NCBI GenBank assembly: GCA_965216225.1
Contig: CBDCFF010000024.1
Span: forward strand, 27,321 to 91,320
Reading direction: 5' to 3'
Origin: Paracoccaceae bacterium
GTDB taxonomy: Bacteria > Pseudomonadota > Alphaproteobacteria > Rhodobacterales > Rhodobacteraceae
DNA: 64,000 nucleotides
Of this stretch, positions 35,450-48,714 are shown one piece after another (within the stretch, counting starts at the first letter, position 1; every line of letters begins with the position of its first letter). The notes beneath the pieces are model-generated. The model saw only the letters and a program-made list of their open reading frames with translations, had not been told where the DNA came from and searched no databases. The position numbers and the translations under genes were made by a program.

Positions 35450-35835
35450 GACATCAGCCCCTTCAGCAGCCGCGCCGGCACATCAGGATCGAACCCACCC
35501 TCGGCGCTGATCCGGTGACCGCCAGCCAACTCAATCTCGATACGGCCACCGAAGGCGACGGGACCGGATGGCTGCGCCGGGACCGGATGTGAAGCAGCCG
35601 GAGAAATCTCAACCGGCAGAAACACAGATCCAGCTACGACCTCGGTGAAATCCGGCGCAAAACGCGGGTCCTTCAGCCATTTGAAGATCAGATTGGCGTT
35701 CATCGCGTAGCGCCGCGCAACCTGAGCCACAGAAACACCCGGCGCGGCAGTCTGCAGGCAGATCGAACGCTTCTCGTCGTCCCACCAAATTCGCTTCTTG
35801 CGCCTGCCAGCCATAGAGTGCCTCATGGTGTCCAC
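35446..35835 (-). CDS. tnpA: IS66 orf1 (TnpA-like)
   Basis: 129 aa, 2 substitutions (A116E, L124P) relative to 10161-10550. Confidence 0.85.
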   Translation of the reverse strand: MDTMRHSMAGRRKKRIWWDDEKRSICLQTAAPGVSVAQVARRYAMNANLIFKWLKDPRFAPDFTEVVAGSVFLPVEISPAASHPVPAQPSGPVAFGGRIEIELAGGHRISAEGGFDPDVPARLLKGLMS

Positions 35836-35907
35836 TATCGATGGTGGACACTATCGGCTCCTCCGCCCCCGCGTTAGGTCGGCTTCAACGGACGCTCACG
35901 AAACAGA

Positions 35908-36350
35908 TCAGGGATACACAGATGATCGGACACTCTCCGACCGCCGACTCGACCGCCGACTTGGCCGCCGATGAACTGGACGCATTCGAGGAAAAACGGG
36001 CCGGAAAACATGCCTCCATCGCCCCGGCCTGGTGCCGGGCGTGGCAAGAGGTGATACCGTTCCTTGCCTTCGACCCGGCGATCCGCAGGATCATCTGCAC
36101 AACGAATGCCATGGAAAGCCTGAACCGTGTGATCCGCAAATCCATCAAGACGCGCGGCTCGTTCCCAACCGGGGAGGCGGCGACCAAGCTGATCTGTCTG
36201 GCAATTCGAAACTTCGAAAAAGGAGACAGAAACGTCCGCGAATGGTTTGCCGCCCGCAACCAGTTCGCTATTATGTTCGACGAGCGCTTCAATGCGTGAC
36301 TGTATTTGAAACCCCCATGGACCGGGACAGATACACAGAATTCATGACAC
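35908..36350 (+). mobile_element. IS256-family type b: C-terminal third and right end
   Basis: The + strand reads ...ADELDAFEEKRAGKHASIAPAWCRAWQEVIPFLAFDPAIRRIICTTNAMESLNRVIRKSIKTRGSFPTGEAATKLICLAIRNFEK...NQFAIMFDERF with a stop at 36299. The right boundary is approximate. Confidence 0.7.
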
Positions 36351-36885
36351 TCCCGATCATCGGGCCAGATCTCGTCGCCGGGCTTGCCCATCCTGACAGC
36401 CGTCTTCCCGTCAACCGTGTTGCGTACCCTGGCGCGGCGACCAGCGGGCTGGCGACGATCCGACCGGACATCGCGATGTAACCGGCCTCGCGCAGCGCGG
36501 CGTCGAACCGGCTGAAAAGCCCCTCGATCACGCCTGCCCTGGTCAGACGCTCGCGGAACACCCGAATGGTCTTCGCGTCCGGAACCCGGTCATGCAGCCC
36601 GAGCCCGAGGAAACGCATGAACGACAGCCGGTCCGGGATCAGGAACCCTGCGCGGTCATCACCGGGATTGTCTTGCGCCTGGACAATCAGGATCCTGAAC
36701 ATCAGCGCGACGTCACAGGGCGGGCGGGTGCCGTGCGAGCCGTCCGAGTACGCCAGAGCCTTCACAATATCCGCACGGAAAATCTCGAAATCAGACGCCC
36801 CGGCACAGGCTTCCAACTGATCGCCAGGATCGCTCGACCGCTTCAGGCGGTCATCCATGTCAGAAAATCCCGGCTGTCTGACCAT
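36351..36885 (-). pseudogene. IS5-family transposase N-terminal fragment with a frameshift, truncated by IS256 type b
   Basis: GTRPPCDVALMFRILIVQAQDNPGDDRAGFLIPDRLSFMRFLGLGLHDRVPDAKTIRVFRERLTRAGV is a DUF772-type N-terminus. The continuation VAAPRVRNTVDGKTAVRMGKPGDEIWPDDRE is in another frame. Confidence 0.75.
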
Positions 36886-37102
36886 CTGCCGCTCCTGTCA
36901 CGAGGAGCCGGGAGTGAACCGGATTCAGACCGGATTGGCGAGGTAAATCGAGACCCTCAGCTTCTTCTGCCCTCTCCAGTTTACGTGACAACACCCACGG
37001 GACGAATTCAGGATTCGGCAATCGACCCGCCGGGGCATACCCTTGCGGCGCCAGCGCGATGTCATGCAGCATGTGCAAATCCGTGATGCGCTCCGCAATC
37101 GC

Positions 37103-39682
<2,580 letters not shown>

Positions 39683-40804
39683 TCATGCGGTTCGGGAATC
39701 GGCGCTGCGAACATGTGAAACCCCATCCGTTTCAACAACTTCCAGTTTCCGCGCGCGATCGCCCAGCGCCTCGAACAGTTCCGCCCCCGTCCCGGTCATC
39801 CAAGCCTGTGCGCCCAGCGCGCAGACCTCGTCGTAAAGCGCCGCGCGGCGCTCGGCATCCAGATGCGCTGCAACCTCGTCCAGCAACAGGATCGGCGGCG
39901 CGCCCAACTGCTCCTTCAAGGCCCGCGCGTTGGCGAGGATCAGCGAAATCAGAAGCGCCTTCTGCTCTCCGGTCGAACACTCCCGCGCCGCCACACCTTT
40001 CGCGGCATAAACCGCGGGCATATCGGCACGGTGCGGCCCGACCAATGTGCGCCCGGCAGCAAGATCGCGCAGACGGGACATCGCGAAAGCCTCGCGCAAA
40101 TCATCCGCCCCTTCCGGCATCTCTTCGCCATCCGGCCCCGAAATGTCCAGTTCGGCAGCGGGAAAGCTGGTTGCCGCCCCCTTCTGCGCCGCCAGAAGCG
40201 CCGCAACCGCCAGCCGCCGGTTCGCGGAAACGGCGGCGCCAGCCTCGGCCATCCGCCCTTCCAGCGCCCGATACCAATGGACATCGCGAACCTGATCCTT
40301 CAAAAGCCGGTTCCGCTCCCGCATGGCCTTCTCATAGGCAAGCGTCGCCTCCGCATGACCGGGCTCGAAACTCAGCGTCATGCGGTCCAGAAACCGCCTG
40401 CGCCCCTCGGCTCCTTCGATCCACAGCCGATCCATCGACGGCACCAGCCACAGAATGCGCGCAATCCTGGCCAGCGTGGCCTGCGGCGCGGATTTGTCAT
40501 CGGTCCGCACGCTGCGGGCCTGCCCCGGCTCGGCCCAGGTCTCAACCTCATGCCCCCGCCCAAGGCTCTCCAGATTCGCCGAGAGCTTCCAGCCGAGGGT
40601 TTCCGGGCGCCGCGCCAGATCCTCCGCCATCGCCCGCCGCAGGCCGCGCCCCGGAGACAGCAGCGAAATCGCTTCAAGAATATTCGTCTTGCCCGCCCCG
40701 TTCGGTCCGTAAATGGCGATGGGTCGCCCGTCACAGCACAACCGGCACAGCTTGTGCGACCGGAAATGCGACAGGGTCAGATTCCGCACGAACAGGGCAG
40801 TCAC
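39683..40804 (-). CDS. recF: DNA replication and repair protein RecF
   Basis: Walker A GPNGAGKTN, ABC-like signature region, and a position between dnaN and gyrB. Confidence 0.92.
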   Translation of the reverse strand: MTALFVRNLTLSHFRSHKLCRLCCDGRPIAIYGPNGAGKTNILEAISLLSPGRGLRRAMAEDLARRPETLGWKLSANLESLGRGHEVETWAEPGQARSVRTDDKSAPQATLARIARILWLVPSMDRLWIEGAEGRRRFLDRMTLSFEPGHAEATLAYEKAMRERNRLLKDQVRDVHWYRALEGRMAEAGAAVSANRRLAVAALLAAQKGAATSFPAAELDISGPDGEEMPEGADDLREAFAMSRLRDLAAGRTLVGPHRADMPAVYAAKGVAARECSTGEQKALLISLILANARALKEQLGAPPILLLDEVAAHLDAERRAALYDEVCALGAQAWMTGTGAELFEALGDRARKLEVVETDGVSHVRSADSRTA

Positions 40805-40874
40805 GGCCTCCCCCTGCTTCTTCTCTGCAAAAATACTCTCGCCGAAGGCAAAAAACCGATCACGTCAAGGGTGA

Positions 40875-41993
40875 TCACACACGCATCGGCATGACGACAT
40901 AGACGGCGCTGGTGTCATTGCCCTCGCGCATCAGGGTCGGATCGCCGGAAGAGTTGAACAGAAAGACGGCGTTTTCGCGATCCACCTGGCTGGCGATTTC
41001 CTGAAGGTACTTTGCGTTGAACCCTATTTCCAGCCGCTCATCGCCATAGGCGACGACCAGTTCTTCCTCTGCCGTGCCGGCATCCGGCGCGTTGACCGAC
41101 AGGACCAGCCTGTCCTCATCCAGCGCCAGCTTGACGGCGCGCGACCGTTCCGACGACACCGTCGCCACCCGGTCCACCGCTTGCGCGAACTCCGCCGCAT
41201 CGACTTCCAGCCTGCGGGTGTTGCCGGTCGGAATCACCCGGGTGTAATCCGGGAAAGTCCCGTCAATGACCTTCGAGGTCAGGGTAATATCCGGCGTCGC
41301 GAACCGCACCTTGGTTTCCGACACCGACACCGCGACCTGCATGTCGTCATCTTCCAGCAACTTTCGCAACTCGCCCACGGTCTTGCGCGGCACGATCACG
41401 CCGGGCATGTCCGCCGCGTTTTCCGGCAGGTCCGCGTCAATCTGCGCCAGCCGGTGGCCGTCGGTCGCCACACAGCGCAGCACGCGACCGTCGGCGCTGT
41501 CGGCCACATGCATGTAGACACCGTTCAGGTAATACCGGGTTTCCTCGGTCGAGATTGCGAATTTCGACTTGTCGAAAAGTCGGCGCAACACCGGCGCAGG
41601 GGCCGAAAAGTTCGCCGAATATTCCGAGGACGCCATGACCGGAAAATCCTCCCTGGGCAGCGTCGCAAGCGAAAAGTTCGACCGCCCAGCCTCCACCGTC
41701 AGCCGCCCGGCGACCCCGTCGTCGGCCAGCGTTATCAGCGCACCATCCGGCAGCTTGCGGACAATCTCGTGAAGCATCACGGCAGAGACGGTCGTCGCCC
41801 CGGCCCGCTCCACCTGCGCGACGGCCTTGTCCACGACCTCTATGTCAAGGTCGGTGGCGCGGAAACTGACCGTCTCGCCCTCCGCCTCGACCAGCACATT
41901 GGCAAGGATCGGAATGGTATTGCGCCTTTCGACAACCGATTGCGCCTGAGATACCGCTTTCAGTAGCGCGGCGCGCTCGACACTGATCTTCAT
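40875..41993 (-). CDS. dnaN: DNA polymerase III beta sliding clamp
   Basis: MKISVERAALLKAVSQAQSVVERRNTIPILANVLVEA..., 372 aa. dnaA-dnaN synteny. Confidence 0.95.
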   Translation of the reverse strand: MKISVERAALLKAVSQAQSVVERRNTIPILANVLVEAEGETVSFRATDLDIEVVDKAVAQVERAGATTVSAVMLHEIVRKLPDGALITLADDGVAGRLTVEAGRSNFSLATLPREDFPVMASSEYSANFSAPAPVLRRLFDKSKFAISTEETRYYLNGVYMHVADSADGRVLRCVATDGHRLAQIDADLPENAADMPGVIVPRKTVGELRKLLEDDDMQVAVSVSETKVRFATPDITLTSKVIDGTFPDYTRVIPTGNTRRLEVDAAEFAQAVDRVATVSSERSRAVKLALDEDRLVLSVNAPDAGTAEEELVVAYGDERLEIGFNAKYLQEIASQVDRENAVFLFNSSGDPTLMREGNDTSAVYVVMPMRV

Positions 41994-42109
41994 TCCCTTG
42001 CTCCTGCACATCTCCGGGGGGGGTGAATGTACCTTATTCCCCCCTCCGGTAAAGAGTTTTCTGGACTGTCCGACGGATTGGCAGAGGCGTCAGGACCCCC
42101 AGGGCGAAA

Positions 42110-43492
42110 TCACGCTTCCAGGCTGCGACGCAGCAGTTCGAGATCCTCGTCAATCCGGTTGTCCAGCGCGCGCAACTCTTCGATCCTGCGCACCCCGTGC
42201 ATGACCGTGGTGTGATCGCGCCCGCCAAACCGGCGGCCGATTTCCGGCAGGCTTCGCGAGGTCAGTTGCTTGGACAGATACATGGCGATCTGGCGCGGCC
42301 GCGCGATGGTGCGCACCCGCTTCGGGCCGATCATCTCCGACAGGCGGATATTGTAATGTTCCGACACCCTGCGCTGAATCTCCTCGATGGTGATCTTGCG
42401 GTCCGAGGCGCGCAGCACATCGGCCAGACAATCCTGCGCCACGTCCAGCGTGATTTCACGCCCGACAAGAGAGGCGAAGGCAAAGAGCCTCGTCAGCGCC
42501 CCTTCCAGCACCCGCACATTGGTCGAAATGCGGTGGGCCAGAAACTCCAGCACCCCATCGGCCATCACCAGATCGGGATACCGGGCGCGATGCCGCTCGA
42601 CCTTGTGCTGCAAAATGCCAAGCCGCAGTTCGTAATCGGTCGGGTGCAGGTCCACCACCAGCCCGCATTGCAGACGGCTGCGGATGCGATCCTCCAAGTC
42701 CTTGATCTCACCGGGCGCGCGGTCGGCGGAAATGATGATCTGCTTGTTCTGGTCCACCAGCGCGTTGAAGGTGTGAAAGAACTCTTCCTGCGTCGAATCC
42801 TTGCCGGCGATGAACTGCACGTCATCGACCATCAGAATATCGACAGAGCGGAACAGAACCTTGAAATCCATCATCCGCCGGTCGCGCAGCGCCTGCACAA
42901 AGCGATACATGAACTGCTCCGCCGACAGATAGACCACGTTCAGGTCCGGGCGATGCGCTTTCAGTTCGTGCGCAACCGCGTGCATCAGATGCGTCTTGCC
43001 AAGGCCCACTCCGCCGTACAGGAACAACGGGTTGAACGACACCGGCCCGCCCTCTGCCACGCTGCGCGCGGCGGCGTGGGCCAGTTCATTCGGTTTGCCG
43101 ACGACGAAACTGTCGAAGGTGAAACGCGAATCCAGCGGCGCCCCCGGCAGACCGGCAAAGGCGCCGGCGGGGCCGGGCCTTGGCCGCTGACTGTCGCCCG
43201 GCGCCGGTTTCGCAGACGCGGCAGACGGGGCGGACGCCTTGCCGCCGGTCTGACGCGACACCGCAAATTCGATCCGGCTGACCGCCACCCCCGCCCTGTT
43301 CAGATGATGCAGGATCTGGTCGCCGAAATTGCGCAAGACCCACTTGCCCATAAAGCTGGTCGGAACATTGAAGACCGCAACGCCGTCCTTCAGGTCCGCA
43401 AGTTCCAGCGGTTCGATCCAGTTCGTGAAATTGCTTTGTCCGATCGTCTTTGCCAGATCGTCCCGTACACATCCCCAAGTGTCATCCGTCAT
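42110..43492 (-). CDS. dnaA: chromosomal replication initiator DnaA
   Basis: AAA+ Walker A GGVGLGKTHL, Walker B LMVDDVQF, and a C-terminal DNA-binding domain (...GGRDHTTVMHGVRRIE). Confidence 0.95.
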   Translation of the reverse strand: MTDDTWGCVRDDLAKTIGQSNFTNWIEPLELADLKDGVAVFNVPTSFMGKWVLRNFGDQILHHLNRAGVAVSRIEFAVSRQTGGKASAPSAASAKPAPGDSQRPRPGPAGAFAGLPGAPLDSRFTFDSFVVGKPNELAHAAARSVAEGGPVSFNPLFLYGGVGLGKTHLMHAVAHELKAHRPDLNVVYLSAEQFMYRFVQALRDRRMMDFKVLFRSVDILMVDDVQFIAGKDSTQEEFFHTFNALVDQNKQIIISADRAPGEIKDLEDRIRSRLQCGLVVDLHPTDYELRLGILQHKVERHRARYPDLVMADGVLEFLAHRISTNVRVLEGALTRLFAFASLVGREITLDVAQDCLADVLRASDRKITIEEIQRRVSEHYNIRLSEMIGPKRVRTIARPRQIAMYLSKQLTSRSLPEIGRRFGGRDHTTVMHGVRRIEELRALDNRIDEDLELLRRSLEA

Positions 43493-43520
43493 TATTCTTC
43501 CACCCGTCCCGCCGTTTCAC

Positions 43521-43973
43521 TCAGGACTGGCGCCACGCCAGCCCCCGGACCTTCCAGCCATTCAGTCGGCCCCGATGCCCTTCCCCGTCCAGGTCTCCCT
43601 CGAACCCTTCGGCCACATTGATGCACTCACCCCCGACCCCACGGCTTGCCAGGAGGTCGGCGACGGCTTCAGCGGCCGAGAGGGACCGCACACCGGAACG
43701 GCAGAGGAAGAACAGCCTGCGCGGGATTTCCGGCCCAAGCCTGTCCACCACCTGTTCCGCGAATTGCGGATTTACGGACATGTCGGGAAAGCCGGCCCAT
43801 TCGACGAGCAGTGCCGAACGCCCCAGCGCCGTCAGATCAGGAATGCCGACGAAACTCCATTCGGCCCGTGATCTGACATCCATGAGCACGGCCTTGCCGT
43901 CACTTTCCAGCGTGTCCCAAACCTCCTGAGGCAATGCCTCAAAAACACGCCGGGCAACGCTGCCCGTGCTCAT
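43521..43973 (-). CDS. rhodanese-like sulfurtransferase domain protein
   Basis: Active-site loop FLCRSGVRS in a protein of about 150 aa. Start chosen at MSTGS. Confidence 0.75.
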   Translation of the reverse strand: MSTGSVARRVFEALPQEVWDTLESDGKAVLMDVRSRAEWSFVGIPDLTALGRSALLVEWAGFPDMSVNPQFAEQVVDRLGPEIPRRLFFLCRSGVRSLSAAEAVADLLASRGVGGECINVAEGFEGDLDGEGHRGRLNGWKVRGLAWRQS

Positions 43974-44131
43974 CCCGATGTCCCCCCAAGTAGACGTGAA
44001 TCGCATGGACAGGCTAGCAAGCCGACCCGGGCGCGCGCAACAGAACTTCGCGCTTGACTCGGCCCTTTCCGAAAACGAATCCCGAACACGATTGTTTTTC
44101 CGTGTGAATCCAAGGCAGATGCTTCGGGCAC

Positions 44132-44163
44132 AAAAAAGCGGCGTGACCAGATGGCCACGCCGC
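44132..44163 (-). terminator. rho-independent terminator of rpsT
   Basis: On the minus strand, GCGGCGTG-n10-CACGCCGC is followed by TTTTTT, about 45 nt after the rpsT stop. Confidence 0.8.
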
Positions 44164-44207
44164 TGTCAGGGAAACACGGGAATCATGAGCGGATTATGGG
44201 CGGATTA

Positions 44208-44471
44208 TCAGCCGAGCGCCTTGACCCGCGCCGACAGGCGCGACATTTTGCGGGCGACGGTGTTCTTGTGCAGAACGCCCCTGGTCACGCCGCGATGCAG
44301 TTCCGGCTGTGCGGCGCGCAGGGCGGCAGACGCCGCATCACTGTCGCCGGACATGATCGCCTCTTCGACCTTGCGCAGGTGGGTGCGGATGCGCGAACGG
44401 CGCGCCTTGTTGATGGCGAAGCGATGCTCGTTCTGGCGGGCGCGCTTCTTTGCCTGGGGCGAGTTAGCCAT
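44208..44471 (-). CDS. rpsT: 30S ribosomal protein S20
   Basis: [30 protein letters not shown]..., 87 aa. Confidence 0.95.
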   Translation of the reverse strand: MANSPQAKKRARQNEHRFAINKARRSRIRTHLRKVEEAIMSGDSDAASAALRAAQPELHRGVTRGVLHKNTVARKMSRLSARVKALG

Positions 44472-44656
44472 GTGGATCAGACCTTGTTTTCGGGTTTCGT
44501 CAATTCAGCCGCACGTCACAAGACCCGAACCGGCGGTTCTTCAACCGGGGTGATTCCGGCCGGGCGGGCCTCACGCGCATGTATAGCAGGGCCATATAGA
44601 CAGGTTTGGCCGGAATGCAAACAGGAAAAAGCCCGATCTCAGCAGCCTCAGCGGCC

Positions 44657-45433
44657 TCAGCGATCGCGGAATTGCGGCTCGCGCTTTTCGGTGAAGGCCG
44701 CCATGCCTTCCTTCTGATCCTCCGTCGCGAACAGCGAATGGAACAGCCGCCGCTCAAAAAGCAGCCCCTCGGCAAGGGACACTTCATAGCTGCGATTGAC
44801 CGATTCCTTCACGGCCATCGTCGCCAGCAGGGATTTCACCGCAATCTTGTGGGCCGCCGCAAGAGCCTCTTCCATCAGTTTTCTGGCGGGCACCACCCGG
44901 CTGACCAGCCCCGAGCGCTCTGCCTCGTCGGCCTGCATGAAACGCCCGGTCAGGTTCATGTCCATCGCCTTCGACTTGCCGACAAGGCGCGTGAGCCGCT
45001 GCGAGCCGCCAAGCCCCGGCATGATTCCCAGATTGATTTCGGGCTGCCCGAATCTGGCGGTGTCCGCGGCGATGATGAAATCGCACATCATTGCCAGTTC
45101 GCAACCGCCACCCAGCGCATACCCCGACACCGCCGCAATGATTGGCTTGCGGCAGTTGCGGAACCGCGCCGCAACCTCGCCGAACAGATCGTCGCCCGCC
45201 ACATCGACAAAGCTCTTTCCGGCCATTTCCCCGATGTCCGCCCCGGCGGCGAAAGCCTTTTCGGAGCCGGTAATGACGATGCAGCGGACCTTGTTGTTTT
45301 TCTCCGCCTCGCACAACGCATCGGACAGTTCGGACAGCAACTGAACATTGAGGGCGTTCAGGGCGTCCGGGCGGTTCAGCCGGATCGTCTTGACATTCTC
45401 TTCCAGCTCGACCAGGAGCGTCTCATAGGCCAT
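44657..45433 (-). CDS. enoyl-CoA hydratase (crotonase family)
   Basis: [13 protein letters not shown]...[17 protein letters not shown]...[19 protein letters not shown]. Confidence 0.88.
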   Translation of the reverse strand: MAYETLLVELEENVKTIRLNRPDALNALNVQLLSELSDALCEAEKNNKVRCIVITGSEKAFAAGADIGEMAGKSFVDVAGDDLFGEVAARFRNCRKPIIAAVSGYALGGGCELAMMCDFIIAADTARFGQPEINLGIMPGLGGSQRLTRLVGKSKAMDMNLTGRFMQADEAERSGLVSRVVPARKLMEEALAAAHKIAVKSLLATMAVKESVNRSYEVSLAEGLLFERRLFHSLFATEDQKEGMAAFTEKREPQFRDR

Positions 45434-45496
45434 GTGTCTGCCGCCTGTTGTTTCCGTCAGGGTTTCAGCCTTAGCATTCCGGGGGCGCGGATCAAG

Positions 45497-46348
45497 TCAT
45501 CTTTGGCATTGAGGACAATAGAAAGTTGAGCGTCCCCCCTGAATGATTCGGACGATCCGCCCGCCGCACCCATCCTTTGCGCAAGGCGCGCCCTGCCGGT
45601 CGTAGACACGGAAATCATGCTGAAAATAACCCGGTTCACCGTCAGTCTGCCGATGATCCCTGAGCGAAGCCCCCCCGGCGGCAATCGCCTCGCCCAGCAC
45701 CTCGCGGATGACCCGGACCAGCCTTTCGACACGCGGCGCAGAGATCCGCCCGGCCTGCCGCACGGGCGAAATTTTCGCGCGATAAAGCGCCTCGGACACA
45801 TAGATATTCCCCAATCCGGCAACGATTCCCTGATCCAGAAGCGCCGCCTTGACCGGCGTTTTCCGGCCTTTCAGGCGGCCGGTCAGATACTCCTCGCTGA
45901 ACGCATTCCCCAATGGCTCCGGTCCCAGGGCCGCCAGCAGCCTGTACCCGTCCACCCCCTCTGTCGGCGTCAGGTCCATCGCCCCGAACCGCCGCGCATC
46001 GTTGAACGTGATTCGCGCGCCGTCCGCCATTTCCAGCATCACATGGTCGTGCTTTCCGGGCGTCGCGTGCTGACGATGACCCCCCCCCGGCGTCGCGCCG
46101 GAAATCAGCATCCGCCCCGACATGCCCAGATGGATGATCAGGGTCTCGCCGGTCGAGAGATCGCACAGGATGTATTTCGACCGCCGCCGAAGCGCGGTGA
46201 CGACCGCCCCCTGCAACCGCGCCGCCATCCGCTCTGGAAACGGCCGGCGCAGATCGGGCCGCCGCACATCCGCCCGCACGATCCGCCGCCCCTCCATGAC
46301 CGGCAGCAGCCCGCGACGGACCGTCTCGACTTCCGGCAATTCCGGCAT
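45497..46348 (-). CDS. mutM: formamidopyrimidine-DNA glycosylase
   Basis: N-terminal [14 protein letters not shown] and a C-terminal zinc finger ...CPQCQR. Confidence 0.93.
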   Translation of the reverse strand: MPELPEVETVRRGLLPVMEGRRIVRADVRRPDLRRPFPERMAARLQGAVVTALRRRSKYILCDLSTGETLIIHLGMSGRMLISGATPGGGHRQHATPGKHDHVMLEMADGARITFNDARRFGAMDLTPTEGVDGYRLLAALGPEPLGNAFSEEYLTGRLKGRKTPVKAALLDQGIVAGLGNIYVSEALYRAKISPVRQAGRISAPRVERLVRVIREVLGEAIAAGGASLRDHRQTDGEPGYFQHDFRVYDRQGAPCAKDGCGGRIVRIIQGGRSTFYCPQCQR

Positions 46349-46431
46349 CCTGCCCTTCCCCTGTTCCGGCGCGCATTGTATCGCGGCCTGAACGGCTTAT
46401 AAGAGCACCCTGAGCAACAAACGCAAGAGCC

Positions 46432-47175
46432 ATGAGCGCAAAGACCACCCATTTCGGTTTCAAGACCATCGCCGAGGCTGAAAAGGCCGGGATGGTGCAT
46501 GGCGTCTTTAGCAATGTCGCTTCGAAATATGACGTGATGAACGATGCCATGTCGCTTGGCGTCCATCGGCTGTGGAAAGACGCGATGATGGATTGGCTGG
46601 CGCCCCGCGCCGGTCAGCGGCTGCTGGATGTGGCGGGCGGAACCGGCGACATCTCCCTGCGGTTCCTGAAACGCACCGGGCAGGCCCGCGCGACCGTGCT
46701 CGACATGACCGAATCCATGCTGGCCGAGGGGCGCAAACGCGCCGGGGCCAGGCTGATGCAGGACAGCCTCGACTGGGTGGCGGGCGATGCGATGGCCCTG
46801 CCGTTCCGGGACAGGACGTTTGACATCTGCACGATCGGTTTCGGCATAAGGAACGTCACCCGCATCCCCGACGCCCTGTCCGAAGCCTTCCGCGTGCTGC
46901 GCCCCGGCGGGCGGCTGATGATTCTGGAATTCAGCCGGGTTCCGAACGAAATGGTGCGGAAGGTCTATGACATCTATTCCTTCAGCGTCATCCCCCGGAT
47001 GGGCAGGGTCATCGCCAACGATGCCGACAGCTATCGGTATCTGGTCGAATCGATCCGCCGGTTCCCCGATCAGGACACCTTTGCCAGCATGATCCGAAAG
47101 GCCGGTTTCGCCAATGTCGGATACCGCAACCTGACCATGGGCATTGCGGCGCTTCATTCCGGGTGGAAGATCTAG
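46432..47175 (+). CDS. ubiE: ubiquinone/menaquinone biosynthesis C-methyltransferase UbiE
   Basis: [32 protein letters not shown]...[12 protein letters not shown] motif. Confidence 0.92.
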   Translation: MSAKTTHFGFKTIAEAEKAGMVHGVFSNVASKYDVMNDAMSLGVHRLWKDAMMDWLAPRAGQRLLDVAGGTGDISLRFLKRTGQARATVLDMTESMLAEGRKRAGARLMQDSLDWVAGDAMALPFRDRTFDICTIGFGIRNVTRIPDALSEAFRVLRPGGRLMILEFSRVPNEMVRKVYDIYSFSVIPRMGRVIANDADSYRYLVESIRRFPDQDTFASMIRKAGFANVGYRNLTMGIAALHSGWKI

Positions 47176-48714
47176 GTGCGCGGACCCCATAACATCTGGC
47201 GGCTCGCCCGCAGCGGCGCGACCTTTGAACGGACGGGGGCCATGCGCGTCATTCTGGATGCGCTGGACGCCCCCCGCCCCCTGCGCATCGCCGCGCGTGT
47301 GCTGGGCTGGCCGTTCAAATGGCTGGGGCTGCGCGGGGACATGTCGATGCCACCGGTCACCCGCGCCCTGACTGCCCTGGGCCCCGCCTATATCAAGTTC
47401 GGCCAGGTGCTCTCGACCCGCCCGGATGTGGTGGGCAAGGATATTGCCCTGCAAATGCGCATCCTTCAGGACAGGCTGCCGCCATTCGCCACCGATGTGG
47501 CGAAAGAACGTGTAAGGATGGAGCTGGGGCAACCGGCTGACGAGCTGTTTTCGGAATTCGGCGATGCTGTCGCCGCCGCCTCGATCGCGCAGGTCCACAA
47601 GGCCCGTCTCAGGAATACCGGCGAGGAAGTCGCCGTGAAAATCCTGCGCCCGCAGATCGAAAAAGCCTTCCGCAAGGACATCGACGCTTTCTACTTCGCC
47701 GCCACGGTGATCGAGTTCCTGTCCCCTGCCTCGCGCCGCCTGCGTCCCCATGACGTGATCACCCATTTCGAAGGCGTCGTGACCGGAGAGCTTGACCTGC
47801 GCCTCGAAAGCGCCGCCGCCTCGGAATTCAGCGCCAAGACCGCCGGGGATGAGGGTTTCGCCATTCCGGCCATCCACTGGCATCTTTCCGGTCGCCGGGT
47901 GATGACGCTGGGTTGGGCCGAAGGCGTGCCGCTGGGCGACAATGACGCGCTGGATGCCGCCGGACATGACCGGGTGGCGCTGTCGGAACAGATGATCGCA
48001 CTCTTTCTCCGCCATGCGTTGCGCGATGGCTATTTCCACGCCGACATGCACCAGGGCAATCTGAAGGTGCAGGCGAACGGTGATATTGTCGCCTTCGATT
48101 TCGGCATCATGGGCCATATCGACGAATATACGCGCCGGGTCTATGCGGAAATCCTCTATGGTTTCATCAGGCGCGACTATATCCGCGTGGCCGAGGTGCA
48201 TTTCGAGGCGGGCTATGTCCCTGCCGGTCAGGATGTGGATGAGTTCGCCAGGGCGCTGAGGGCCGTGGGCGAACCGATCTTCGGCATGGACGCGACCAAC
48301 ATGTCGATGAGCAACCTCCTGAGCTATCTGTTCAAGGTCACGGAACGGTTCGGAATGCAGACCCGTACCGAACTGATCCTGCTGCAACGCACCATGGTCG
48401 TGGTCGAGGGCGTTGCCCGGTCCCTGAATCCGAACATCAATATCTGGCACACCGCCAAACCGGTGGTCGAAAACTACATCCGCGACAGTATCGGGCCGAA
48501 GGCCCTGATCCGCGATCTGGCCCGGACCGTGCGGGTGGTCGCCCGGTTAGGCCCACACCTGCCGGCAATGGCGAAGACCGCCCTGATCCGCCAATCCTCG
48601 CCCAAGCCGGCGGACCCGCAGCCCCGCTCCCGGGTCGGGGCGCTCGGCTGGGCCGTTCTGGGCGCGGCGGTCACGGCGGCGGTGCTCATTGCCTGTTTCC
48701 GGTTCTGGGGCTGA
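47176..48714 (+). CDS. ubiB: ubiquinone biosynthesis regulatory kinase-like protein UbiB (ABC1 family)
   Basis: ABC1 motifs (AAASIAQVHKARL, HADMHQGNL). GTG start directly after the ubiE stop. Confidence 0.9.
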   Translation: MRGPHNIWRLARSGATFERTGAMRVILDALDAPRPLRIAARVLGWPFKWLGLRGDMSMPPVTRALTALGPAYIKFGQVLSTRPDVVGKDIALQMRILQDRLPPFATDVAKERVRMELGQPADELFSEFGDAVAAASIAQVHKARLRNTGEEVAVKILRPQIEKAFRKDIDAFYFAATVIEFLSPASRRLRPHDVITHFEGVVTGELDLRLESAAASEFSAKTAGDEGFAIPAIHWHLSGRRVMTLGWAEGVPLGDNDALDAAGHDRVALSEQMIALFLRHALRDGYFHADMHQGNLKVQANGDIVAFDFGIMGHIDEYTRRVYAEILYGFIRRDYIRVAEVHFEAGYVPAGQDVDEFARALRAVGEPIFGMDATNMSMSNLLSYLFKVTERFGMQTRTELILLQRTMVVVEGVARSLNPNINIWHTAKPVVENYIRDSIGPKALIRDLARTVRVVARLGPHLPAMAKTALIRQSSPKPADPQPRSRVGALGWAVLGAAVTAAVLIACFRFWG

